Assembly: GCA_030704615.1 (NCBI GenBank)
Contig: CM060734.1
Span: 2,232,001 to 2,296,000, forward strand
Length of the DNA stretch: 64,000 bases
Source: Takakia lepidozioides
Taxonomy: Eukaryota > Plantae > Bryophyta
Direction: 5' to 3'
A program made the position numbers and the translations under genes. Position 1 is the first letter of the stretch. Every line of letters begins with the position of its first letter. This document shows, piece by piece, positions 17,328 to 27,847 of the stretch. The notes under the pieces were generated by a model. It made no database searches, had not been told where the DNA came from, and was given only the letters and a program-made list of their open reading frames with translations.

Positions 17328-18230
17328 TGGGGACATCAACTTTGGAGCGTGGGGGAGGAAATGCATGCTTAGCCCGGCTTAGCTAGCTTAGGAATCCGAT
17401 TGCAAAAACTTGTATTGTACAAAACGTGCTTATAAATGAAATGGCTTCCAAATGTTGTGCGTCCTATTTTGTTTGGAATGGTGATGCATGGTATGGCTGG
17501 CTAGTGTGTAGAATGCATGCTAGCTTATAAAAGTGGGAGAGGTAAATTGGGTTAATCGTGTGTTGTGCGTAGTGCCGAAATCGGTGACCCCCATCCAAGG
17601 GGCAAGGAAACTTGCGCCTTCTTTGGGAGTTCACGTGCTAGTGCGCACCTGGCGCGTGCGCGTACTATAACTGCGCTACCGAGGGGGTTGCCTTGTAGTG
17701 CGGGCTAACGTGGAAGCTACGTGCTTCCGTTCACGTACTATAATCGTGTAGCCTCGGGACGAAGTCGTAGTGCGGCTTCGGCATGTTCCCGTACCTCAGG
17801 CCAGCATTCCAAGGCGGACCCAATTGTAGTGATTGGGGCGCACGGTTGGTTCAAGGTTATCTTCCTAGTCAAAGAGGGTTCCAGGGAACCCTTGCTCAAG
17901 GTGATGCCAAAAGCGGCATCATGAGCGGTCGCAAGCAATGTTGTTGCAGTAAGGCGATTCGATCCTCGGGGAGGATCGTTCCTTGGCCTGAAGTAGGCTA
18001 AGAAGAGTGCACTGGGAGGAACTGGAGAGGCTCTACCCTTGGCCGGGACTTGGAGGAAGTCGGCCGAACTAGCTAGTGGAGAGTAGAGTCAAGTGTGGGG
18101 TTTGGTTCTTTGCCATGGACGCCATGGTACGGAAACAAACTCCTTGATGTGGGACGCCACAACTTGGATGTTCGTTTCTACAAAATGGACAAGTCGATGA
18201 GGACATCGACTCCCTGTTGGTAGGGGTGTG

Positions 18231-18956
18231 TGTCGCGCCCTTTGCCTTGAGGGCAGGGGGGCGGGACACATGAGGGGCTGCCCCTGTGGTGGGGGCAGCG
18301 GCAGCGATAGGTATGGGGGGCTGAAGCACCCTTGAATGCCCAAGGCACTCAAGGAGGCGGAGCCGCTCACTAGGTGGAGCCCCGCACACCGGGTTGCGGT
18401 GGGGGTGGCTCCACAAGGGGTGGTGGTAGCTTAGCGGGACTTAGTGGGGGTGGCATAGGACTCACCGTGGGGCGGAGACCTCGTGGTGGGAGTCGTGGGG
18501 AGTCTTGGGACTCATCACGGTCCATAGGGTCGTGGTGAGTGGGCCAAGACTCACCGCGACTCATCACCGGGAGTCGAGGGTTTTCGTGGTGGTTCGCCAT
18601 AAAATGGCATGGCTGGTTGTGAAACCCCCGCGGACAGCTACAGAAGTATATATAGGGAGTAGTAACCCCGAGAACGGTGCAAGCCCGTTGGTGACCAAAA
18701 ACTAGTGAGTAAGCGAGCGAGCCGGAAAGCGACCAAAGAGTGGGGAGCTGTTCCGGACTGCCAACTACCAAAGGGAATTCCCGCTGGTTCCAAATCGGTG
18801 GAGGGTTCTTTAGGAGAACAAAGGGGGGGACCGTTATGCCCCGGTGAACAGCCGAAGCTCCAAGTTGGCCAGGCGGCCAGGTTGGGAGTCAGGCGCGCGC
18901 ATCAAAGCGAGTAACTATGACTTGAGGGGGAGCTTACCGAAGTGAGGTGCGCGACA
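18231..18956 (+). repeat. 3' LTR of chromovirus
   Basis: Starts TGTCGCGC and ends GCGCGACA (mutual inverted repeat). Preceded by a G-rich tract and followed by TSD TTCCT. Confidence 0.92.
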
Positions 18957-18970
18957 TTCCTTGTATCTTC

Positions 18971-19242
18971 AAATATAACATAATTCATTGAGAGCCACAC
19001 TCATCGCAAAATGCAATGTGCGTTTGTATCGTCCACGTCCACTTTCCACATACTCGTAATTCACATAATACAACACCTAAGCTTATTCCAAGAAAGCCAA
19101 AGCCAAAGATATAAGGGTCATGTTCCCCAGGCCTACTCGCATAAATATAACATAATTCATTGAGAGCGACACTCATCTCAAAATGCAATGTGCGTTTGTA
19201 TCGTCCACGTCCACTTCTTTTCACATACTCGTAATTCACATA
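18971..19242. repeat. ~100-bp direct duplication (18971-19068 / 19143-19242)
   Basis: AAATATAACATAATTCATTGAGAG...GTAATTCACATAA occurs twice. Confidence 0.85.
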
Positions 19243-19928
19243 ACACAGCACTGAAGCCTCTTCCCGGATTTTATTTTTGAAGAGAAGTTCACAAGGCGGG
19301 TGTTGATAGTTGGTGAGCAGGTGAGCAAAAGATGCGAGGGTTGCAAGCGTCATTTGCAGCCAGAAGAACACCGACAATTTGTAGGGAAATGTCCGGGCAG
19401 CGAAGATGCAGAAGGTGAAGCATTGTGAGCGGTGACAAGTGTTCAATGCTTGTATTAGAACCCGCAATCATTTTATCATTGTTCAAACAGATTCCATCAT
19501 TTGAAATATACTCGGCCTGATCAATTGTACAATGTAGCTTGGCGGTCGTCATCGTCTCCAACAGCACCATGGCTCCAGTGACCCTCGCCTCTTGGTTTGC
19601 ATGAAGGTCCCATGTCCGCTGGGTTCGAAGTAAGGGTAATCTGGATGACCCCACCACCTGGGCTTGCACCTTGTAGCTGTCGAGGTGCATCCCAATGGCA
19701 CATTTTAGGAACTACGCGCACCAACATAAATGTGTCATGTGCCTATTTTAGCCCCTACAAAGTGGAATCATCGGATGTTGTGCTTCTCTCTACCATCCTA
19801 CCTGAGCATGTGTGCGTCGGTCGGTCGGACGGCCAAAGCCGGTTGTGTTGATTGTTCCTCCAGAAACCTCCACGCACGTTTAGACGTGGCGTCCGACGTC
19901 CGACGTGACGTGTTGTGTTATGTTTTGT

Positions 19929-20662
19929 TGTGTTGTGAAGTCATTCTACTTATAACCAGGCTGGGTGGACGAAACGACCAATGAGGAACCATCACAGAAG
20001 AACACCATCCCTCCACCCCTGTATATTTGGTGCCCAAAGGATTACAAAAGAAAGCTGGCTAGGGGCTTGCCACAAGAGGCTAGGCTGCCAGCTTCTACCG
20101 GCTCAGTCCAACATTTAAATGTGAAGCCAGTCTTGCACCAAAGAGCCAAGGCTTTCAATTCACGTTTGGACGTGACGTCCGATGTCCGACACCACCTCAA
20201 GCATGAGACCGGCTTGCTCAAGGTGGAGGTGGATTCCAAGGGCCGGAAAGTTATGAGATATTTGATATTCTCAGTATTTGATGTCATTCACAGATAGCCT
20301 CCACTTGAGAAATGGAGAAAGAGACGGAGGTCTACTTAGCCTTCTTGTTCTGCACCTTATAGCCACAAAGGATGGGAGATAGCTCATTGTTTGTCTGTTT
20401 ATGTTCACTGTAAACTAATTTGATGTTGTGTGTTGTGAAGTCATTCTACTTATAACCAGGCTGGGTGGACGAAACGACCAATGAGGAACTATCACAGAAG
20501 AACACCATCCCTCCACCCCTGTATATTTGGTGCCGAAAGGATTACGAAAGGAAGTTGGCTAGGGGCCTGCCACAAGAGGCTAGGCTGCCAGCTTCCACCG
20601 GCTCAGTCCAACATTTAAATGTCAAGCCAAATCTTGCACCAAAGAGCCAAGGCTTTCAATTC
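19929..20662. repeat. ~233-bp direct duplication (19929-20161 / 20429-20662)
   Basis: TGTGTTGTGAAGTCATTC...GGCTTTCAATTC occurs twice, 500 bp apart. Confidence 0.88.
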
Positions 20663-21054
20663 CCTGGCTCGACCTCCTTTTTATCACCCTTAGCAACAAA
20701 GTCCTGCAATGGTGAGAATATGGCCTGAGCGGTCGACGGTCGACGGTCGTCGTACCATTTTTGTATTTCAGAAAATGCCAGCGACCATCGACCGTCGCTC
20801 CATTTAAAAAATAAAAAAATAAACATTTTATTTTTTTTAATAAAAAGAAAATAAAGTGACGGTTACCTACCGTGGGCGCACACCTATATCCGTGGAGACA
20901 TACAACATCTAGAAGGAAAATGCATTCTACATAGACTTTGTTTCTTATTTCCGAGGATAGTTTTTTTCCCCTTGACATTTGGGTAGATGGAGTGATGATC
21001 GTCGATGATCATCACTTCTTCTCTGATTTCTGGGGTTTTTTTTTTTTTTTGGGC

Positions 21055-22610
21055 CAGCTATTAGGGATCCGTCGGTGTAGTGGGAGTTGACAGGTGGGTA
21101 TCTGAGGGAGAGGTCCATCTGGGCTGTCGGGGGTTTGGTGCGGACAGTGATTGGGGGGGGGGGGGGGGGGGGGGGGATCATACGAGACCATGTTTTGGAG
21201 TGGGGCATTTTAGGGTAGAGGCGAGAGGCAGGAGTTTGGTGAGGGGGGGTAGGGAATGTGGTGGCATTCATGCCATGTGTATCCGTTAGGAGGTATTTGA
21301 GTCGGGTTGGGAAGTCGGCGGGTATAAGGGAGCCTGTGTTGGAGTGGTGGACAAGGAGTATGAGGGTTAGGGTGGGTTCGCGGTGTTGGAGGTATTAGGG
21401 AGAGGTGGGGTGTGATGGTATTGGAGCTGGTCTGGGTCAATTGCGGCTAGGGGGATGACCTCGGGGGGAAGCTGAAGAAGGGGGTGCGGGTTATTAGGGA
21501 GTTGTTGGTGTGTTAGTAGCAGAATGGTGGCAGCAGATGGGGAGGATTGAGCCGCGAGGCAGGCCCATTGCAATGCGTCATGCGTGGAAGAGCCTAGGGG
21601 CAGGTGTGCATAACCGCGGCGCGGCCCAGGTGTGTTGGGAGGCAGAGCCAATGGCTCCAAATAGGCAGTCGCGGGGGTGCGAGCTGGAGTATGATGAGAG
21701 GAGCATGGGGCATGTAAGTGGGCTTGAGTAGTAAGAGTGCGTGATTTGAAAGGAATCTATAAGGAGTGCAAGAACGTCTGGGGGGAGGGTAGTATGAGAC
21801 TGGGCTTATGTGAGCTTGAGGGGGGAACGTGGTTTTTTGGGAGGGATATCAATCAGATAGCGGTCTACGAGCCAGCAGACTTCTGTGGCAAAGTCTTGCC
21901 TATCTGGCGTGAGCTGGCTGGATGGTGGGCTTGAAGTAGAATATATGTGCCAGAGTCAAGTGAGTCGGTCATTAGGGATGAGTCCCATATAGCGACCCTA
22001 GGGGGCATATAGCTTGGACAGACGTTTGCCAAGACGTACAATGGGGGAGATGTGTAGGATGTCTTTATCCGGATTACATTCTGCGATGCAGACATGTACC
22101 TCAGGAGCATCTAGGGGGTTGTGGATGAAGCGGGCATCTATTGCTTGGGTTTGGGAGGTGTGTTGTAAGTGAGTATGGGCTAGGTAGTTGGTGTTAGTGG
22201 ATTTATGGAATGCAGTAAGTAGGTCAAGGTTGTGGGCTGGGTCACAATCATCATGGGACCCAAATAAGTCATCCTCGACTTGCCAGGTGTTGTCTTCGGT
22301 TGAGTATCCGGCCCATTTATATAGGTAAAAAGTGTCTAGACGTGGCGCCGTATTCATCGATAGTGGTTTGAGTTCTGGTTCCTAGAATAGCTTCAATAAT
22401 GAAGGCTTCCGGGTTGTCCGGGTTGATATTGTGTGGGTTCGGGGATGAAAGTGGAGTGAGTGGGGACAATGGGCCATGGGGGGGCTGAGTGGGAGTGCAG
22501 GGGGTGGTAGAGTCAGATGAAGTGGGTATAGCTGGGTCAGATCCGGACATGTGGGGGGGGGCAACTGCTTGGTGATATCAGGTAGGTGTACGCGTTTAGA
22601 GGGGAACTAG
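21055..22610 (-). mobile_element. Dualen/RandI-like LINE fragment A: chromodomain, N6-adenine MTase-like domain and start of RNase H (decayed)
   Basis: FIIEAILGTR...YLYKWAGYSTEDNTW (chromodomain, ~22403-22260); LPPDVLALLIDSFQITHSYYSSPLTC...YSSSHPRDCLFGAIG...W.RGYAHLPL...ALQWA (~21795-21560); and RYPPVNSHYTDGS (first acidic RNase H motif, ~21065-21080). Confidence 0.7.
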
Positions 22611-23469
22611 AACCAACACAATGTGCAGCCATACTGTGATCAAGGGCGAACCCAAAACGTGCACATGTATTGTCTCGTCACTGGAGTACAGCACTAGTCT
22701 CTCCTCTGATCTCTTCCTAAGCTCATGTATCAACGTCCATCGTGATCAGACCACCCTCTCGCGGCCATCTCCTCTGTCTCCAGCTCTCAATCTACCATCT
22801 CCACTCACTCTTTGATAGTCTTGATTCCCATCATTACGAATGCTAATCTCTCTTATTCTGTCTTTCTGCTTACTTGCCTTGTACCCTCCAAAACGTAGTA
22901 GGTTAGCCCCTTAGTTGGAGCCACTCCACTTTGATCACCGCTCAACTGATTATTCTAATACTAAACACATTACCCTCCTTGGGTGTACCTCTCTTCTGTG
23001 TATTTAATACATGGCCAAGTGGCAACTAATGAGGTCTTGATATTATCCTTAAGCTCAAAATGTTTACCAGCATCTGCTTAGTCATGTACCCTGTCGATTC
23101 AGGCGGCGCCCCCTCAGCCGCTGAGCTGTATTGCATCAACGCCCTGCATGTCGCCATCTCCTCGACCTTCATCCAGCCTCACGGTTCATTTATCCAGTCT
23201 CGTTGGCCTTTCTTAGTGAAAGCACGCCTCCTGCCCCCACCGATGAACCGTCTTTGATGCTGACTGTTCATAATCCGTTCATCCGTTGTCGTAATGAGGC
23301 ACATAAGTAATACCCAACGTCATGCATTCTCCCTATCCTCTTCATCCGCACATGCCCTTGGCGCATTCATCATTGTTTGCCACATTCATTCCTTCCAACT
23401 CTACCTTATCTCCGTCCGTTCATCATTCGTTTGATAAACCCCTAGGGTTTTATTGGCACTTGTTTTCCC

Positions 23470-23801
23470 CTTACACCACCACCACCACCTTGGATCGAAA
23501 CCTTATCTCCGCTTTTATCAACCATGCTATCTCCATCGATAAACCCATCCATTTTATCAAAGTCTGCTCATAGACTGGTATCAACGGCAACGAGGAGGCA
23601 GACCTCCTCGTCCAGCTGGGGCATCCAAACCCCCGGTCGAACCCTCGGCCGACCCCATCCACATTGCCCATGCACATCCCTTCTGGTTGATTTACCCGGT
23701 TCTTGATCCCCCAGAACCCCGACCAATCCGGAACCTTCTTACTACCCTGACTAGACAGGCCAACAAACAAGCCTCAACCTCTCTCGGTCACACCAAACTA
23801 C
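23470..23801 (+). mobile_element. Dualen/RandI-like LINE fragment B: C-terminal half of RNase H
   Basis: HHHH.DRNLISAF...PIHFIKVCS*TGINGNEEADLL...PIHIAHAHPFW, colinear with the 50370-50891 ORF. Confidence 0.75.
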
Positions 23802-23950
23802 CACTACAACACACCCTATGTAATTTCGACGATTTAGTTTGACACTGGCGTTGACTGTTGTCACTTTCGACTGTTCCAACCATTCTGCAGTCAAAATTTA
23901 TATTAAAATATTCGAGGTGCTAGACAACCGCGAAATTGTTTACTATAGTG
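23802..23950 (+). mobile_element. Probable CACTA terminus interrupting LINE fragment B
   Basis: CACTACAACA begins exactly where LINE homology stops. No matching partner end or TSD was confirmed. Confidence 0.4.
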
Positions 23951-24124
23951 AGAGACTTTAACTACCTAAAATGAGCTGATTGAGACAACCAGTTAAGCAA
24001 TGGCACGTGTAATCACAATATATAAATTATATAGCAATATATATGTGGATAATAAGAAGTAAAAACATTTAACTATTTTTGCACTGACCCAACACATTAA
24101 TAGTAAACTAATTGTGTGCTAGTT

Positions 24125-24350
24125 AAGGTTAGTGAAACAAAACAACTGAATTATCTGGACGAATGATAAACAAACGCCTTGCTGGCAGCTATTGGATGAA
24201 CATAAAGGTTAGTGAAACAAAACAACTGAATTATCTGAACGAATGATATACAAACGTCTTGCTGGCAGCCACTGGATGAACGTATGAATGAACGATAAAG
24301 CAAACGCCTTGCTGGCAACTATTGGATGAACGTATGAACGAATGATAATG
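24125..24350. repeat. Tandem repeat, ~80-bp unit x2 plus a partial copy
   Basis: AAGGTTAGTGAAACAAAACAACTGAATTATCTG...GCTGGCAGC.A.TGGATGAAC is repeated. Confidence 0.8.
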
Positions 24351-24759
24351 CACTTGGCTCGAATTTAGGGTTGCTAGGTCGCAGTGTGCAGGGCTGGGAC
24401 TTGGTGTTTTTTGGGGTCCACGTGGTTCGAGAGCTCCGCACTTCGCCGAGCGGGAGGCTTAGGGACTTAGCGTTTGTTTGTCTTCTGTGCCACCATCTGT
24501 GTTTTCTTAAGGTTTGCGAACCAGGATAAGCGGTTTTTAAAATACTAGTATCTTATTGTGTGCACAGGAGAGAGCGGGTGGGCGGCAGCGACGCAACAGC
24601 GTGAGCGTGTGAACGTACGCTCACGCCACGTCAGCGTGAGCACATATCCCGCCACGTCACCTTGGGCCAACATAGCAAGTTACATAAGAAATGATGTCTA
24701 TACCCGAGGGGCCTATAACCGCGGACACCCTCCACACATATTCCAACACCTACTACATC

Positions 24760-24982
24760 TAAGCTGGACCCGGGTTTTAAAATGAACCCGGGTCAGGGTC
24801 CAAGTTTTGGTGATGGCACGGGTCAGCTTCCATGACTTCATCCATTTTCAACAAAGTTACTGTGATCATAAAGATCATCTTTTGAATCTGTATCTTAACT
24901 TCTCTTATCAATCCCAATATAGGTAACCCGGACCCTAATCCGCCGAGTACCCGGGGTCAAAACGTGGACCTGCACAACACTA
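24760..24982. mobile_element. Probable hAT-type terminal fragment
   Basis: Several ACCCGG/CCGGGT subterminal motifs ending in GCACAACACTA (reverse complement TAGTGTTGTGC). Confidence 0.4.
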
Positions 24983-25221
24983 TCGTCGATGTCGTCGATG
25001 ATCATCAAGAAATTATGATTCAGCAAGAAGCCATCCAGAAGTTTATGGAAGTATTCTGGGTTGGATGCACCTCAAATCTGTGCTAACATTGGTGGGGCAT
25101 GTCATGCCTGAAATAAGATTGATTGCAAATCAAGATTGATGTCATTCAAGAAAGTGTTGTAATTAACCACCCAACAATCCAAATGCCAAACGCATTTATA
25201 TTTTTTATTCTTAAAACAAAA

Positions 25222-25622
25222 ACACCAGAAGTGATGATCGGCCCCAGTCATCACATCTACCCAAATGCCAAATGCCGGAAAAAAAAAAAAAAACAGAAGT
25301 GATCATCACATCCAAAATAAAAAAAACACCAGAAGTGATTATTAGCGCCGATCATCACATCTATCCAAATGCCAAATGCAAAAAAAAAACGAAAAAAAAA
25401 CCAGAAGATCATCACATCCAAAATAAAAAAACACCAGAAGTGATGATCAGCGCCGATCATCACATCTACCCAAATGCCAAATTATTTGAATTGAAAATTA
25501 TTTTTAAAAAAAAATTTAAAAAAAAAACAAAAAACAGAAGTGATCATCACATCCAATAAAAAAAACACCATAAGTGATGATCGGCGTCGATCATCACATC
25601 CACCCAAATGCCGCAAATGCAA
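25222..25622 (+). repeat. Tandem array of four palindrome-containing units separated by A-tracts
   Basis: Units at ~25222, 25326, 25431 and 25565 follow ACACCAGAA-GTGATGATC(GGCGCC)GATCATCAC-ATCTACCCAAATGCC, alternating with a short CAGAAGTGATCATCACATCCAA unit. Confidence 0.9.
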
Positions 25623-26345
25623 ATACGTCGCTACCAACCAAGGCGTCTCTCTACGCCTTCCTGGCCCAGCCACCATCCTCCGTGCCGAGCTCATGGCAAT
25701 ACATGATGCCCTCACCCAGCTCTCCTCATTCTCCCCACCTCACTATATCTTCACCGACAGTCTGATCTCACTCTTCCTCATCCAGAACCACCTCTTTCGA
25801 CCCTCCTCTCACCACCACCACTTAGACCGAAACCTCATCGCCTATTGAATTTACATAACGACCGCTACCCCGGCCCATCCACATTGGAAAAACTCCAAAA
25901 GTATGCCCCACTCATTTTAGCCCTTCGCCGCCATGGCTGGTCCACATGCCCTCTCACGGTCATTACGGCCGGAACCAGAGGCGGCATTCAAAACGCCAGT
26001 ATCTCTGCCCTCCACAATAACTTTAATCTTCATATCACCCCTATCCATAAATGCTTCAAAGATATCCACCTGAACGCGCTATGCTCCCTCACTGCTATTA
26101 TCACTAACAAAAGACAGCTTGAAAACCACATCTCATAGGCCTTTTTGTTACCACGGGCACCCCAGGGGCTCCCCTGGGGTTCCCCTCCGCTCGCCCCTGG
26201 GTTATGGGGTGCCCTCCGGGCACCCACTAGTTTTATAGGACCCACCCCTGAAAGGGGGCATTAGCCGTAAGGCGAAGTGGCTCTTAGTTACGCCGGCCCT
26301 GGCCGGAGTCATCTCTCTTGGTTCCAGTTCTTGAGATAGATAGAA
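25623..26345 (+). mobile_element. Dualen/RandI-like LINE fragment C: RNase H core joined by internal deletion to the RLE C-terminus, stop codon and 3' UTR
   Basis: TILRAELMAIHDAL...IFTDSL...HHHHLDRNLIA jumps to IEFT..NDRYP....EKLQKYAPLILALRRHGW....VITAGTRG...KRQLENHIS*. A hairpin-rich UTR and a short GATA tail follow. Confidence 0.75.
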
Positions 26346-27100
26346 GTATCGCAGTTCATTAGAGAGGGCTCCGCTATTTCCATTGGTGGTCGCATTAGTG
26401 AGTGAGAGTATTACTTTCGTAAGCCACTGGATGTCTATCCTGCATGAGCACACCCCCGATTGCGAAGTCCGACGCAACTATATGAATCTCAAAGGGACGG
26501 TCGAACTGCGGGATTTTCAAAACTGGAGCTTCCGCCATCCGCTGCTTCAACTCGGCAAAAGCTTGGCTACAAAAAGTGTTCCATACCCATACCTTGGACT
26601 TACACAGAAGGTCTGACAGCGGTCCCGCGATCTTGACGAAATTTCTAACATACGTTCGGTAGTAGGAGGCGAGTCCTAGAAAGGATCGCACTCCCGAGAC
26701 CGAAGTCGGAGGTTCCCAGTCCAAGATCGCCCTCACATTTATGTCATCCATTTTGATCCCATTTTGTGTAATCACATGCCCTAGGAACTCCATTTGCACT
26801 TTGAAGCTTTGACATACAACTTATCTTCCCGCAATTTCTGGAATACCCTTGCGAAGTCCGACGCATCTGTATGAATTTCAAATGGACGGTCGAACTCCGG
26901 GATTTTCAAGACTAGAGCTTCCGCCATCCGCTGCTTCAACTTGGCAAAAGCTTGGCCACAAAAAGTGTTTCATACCCATACCTTGGACTTACATAGAAGG
27001 TCTGACAACGGCCCCGTAATTTTGGCAAAATTTCTCACATACTTTCGGTAATAGGAGGCGAGTCCTAGGAAGGATCACACTCCCGGGACTGAAGTCGGAG

Positions 27101-27847
27101 GGCGTGAATGCAAGGTTGACTGGATCAAAATGGACGTTACCGGCACAGTTTTAGATGACTGCAATTGATGGTGTCATCGATTGAATTTGAATTAACTCAT
27201 TAAAACCAGCAAATATATATGTCATTGGATTCATAGCTTTAATACGCACCCATAGCAACTCTCCAATCATGAATCCGATAAGAAATGACTCTGCTATGGA
27301 CTTTTGAACACCGTCATTGTGGACTGTTACCACAGTGAATGAAATTACAATAGACTCAAGTTCTCCTATGTGCCATTGGTGAATTCCATTGAAATTTGGA
27401 CTTAAGGTGGCCATTTTGGTCCACATCATAGGTATGGATTTGAAGTGGCAAAATCATTTGTCATTTGACTCATACGAACTAATATATGTATAAAAAAAAA
27501 AAAAAACGTTTTTTGAATCCATAGCTCATCTTGTTTTTTGGATTTTGGGTGTCATTTTTTTTCTAGAAGTAGAAAAACCTATAATCTTCAATGGCTAGGT
27601 GGCATATTGAATTTTTTTTTGTAAACTCTAATTTTTAGTTTTTTATAATTTCTCTAAATAAACTAAAATATTTAATGAATTATTTCCTTAATATTTGGGG
27701 TAGGACTCTTTACTAAATATGTTTATTATACCATTATCTATCACTAAAAAAATATTTTGGATAGTATCATCAACGTGTTTGTTTTTGTCATGGACTTTCA
27801 TGGAGCAGGAAGTGCCGTTTTTGGTCCACTCAACCCTGCAACTGCCC
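27101..27847. mobile_element. MITE, possibly PIF/Harbinger-like, inserted in the chromovirus RT-RNase H region
   Basis: Imperfect TIRs GGCGTGAATGCAAGGTTGACTGGATCAAAA / TTTTGGTCCACTCAACCCTGCAACTGCCC, AT-rich interior, and GAG duplicated at 27098-27100 / 27848-27850. Removing it restores GAAGTCGGAGGTTCC. Confidence 0.75.

Larger units (their letters stand above)
12028..18956 (+). mobile_element. Full-length Ty3/gypsy chromovirus LTR retrotransposon with decayed ORFs
   Basis: LTRs 12028-12757 and 18231-18956 (TGTC...GACA), 5-bp TSD TTCCT (12023-12027 / 18957-18961), tRNA-Met PBS TGGTATCAGAGC at 12760, and gag-PR-RT-RH-INT-chromodomain order. Confidence 0.95.

Noticed and set aside
17362-18956. 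1.6-kb 3' LTR starting after the first PPT
   Set aside because: Homology to the 5' LTR and the TTCCT TSD fix the LTR start at 18231.
25222-25622. CRISPR array
   Set aside because: The repeats are palindromic, but the spacers are A-tracts and sub-repeats rather than unique sequences. There are no cas genes and the context is eukaryotic.
26240-26285. Hammerhead ribozyme (CTGAAAG...GCCGTAAGGC-GAAG)
   Set aside because: It lacks a proper CUGANGA/GAAA core in register with stems I and III.
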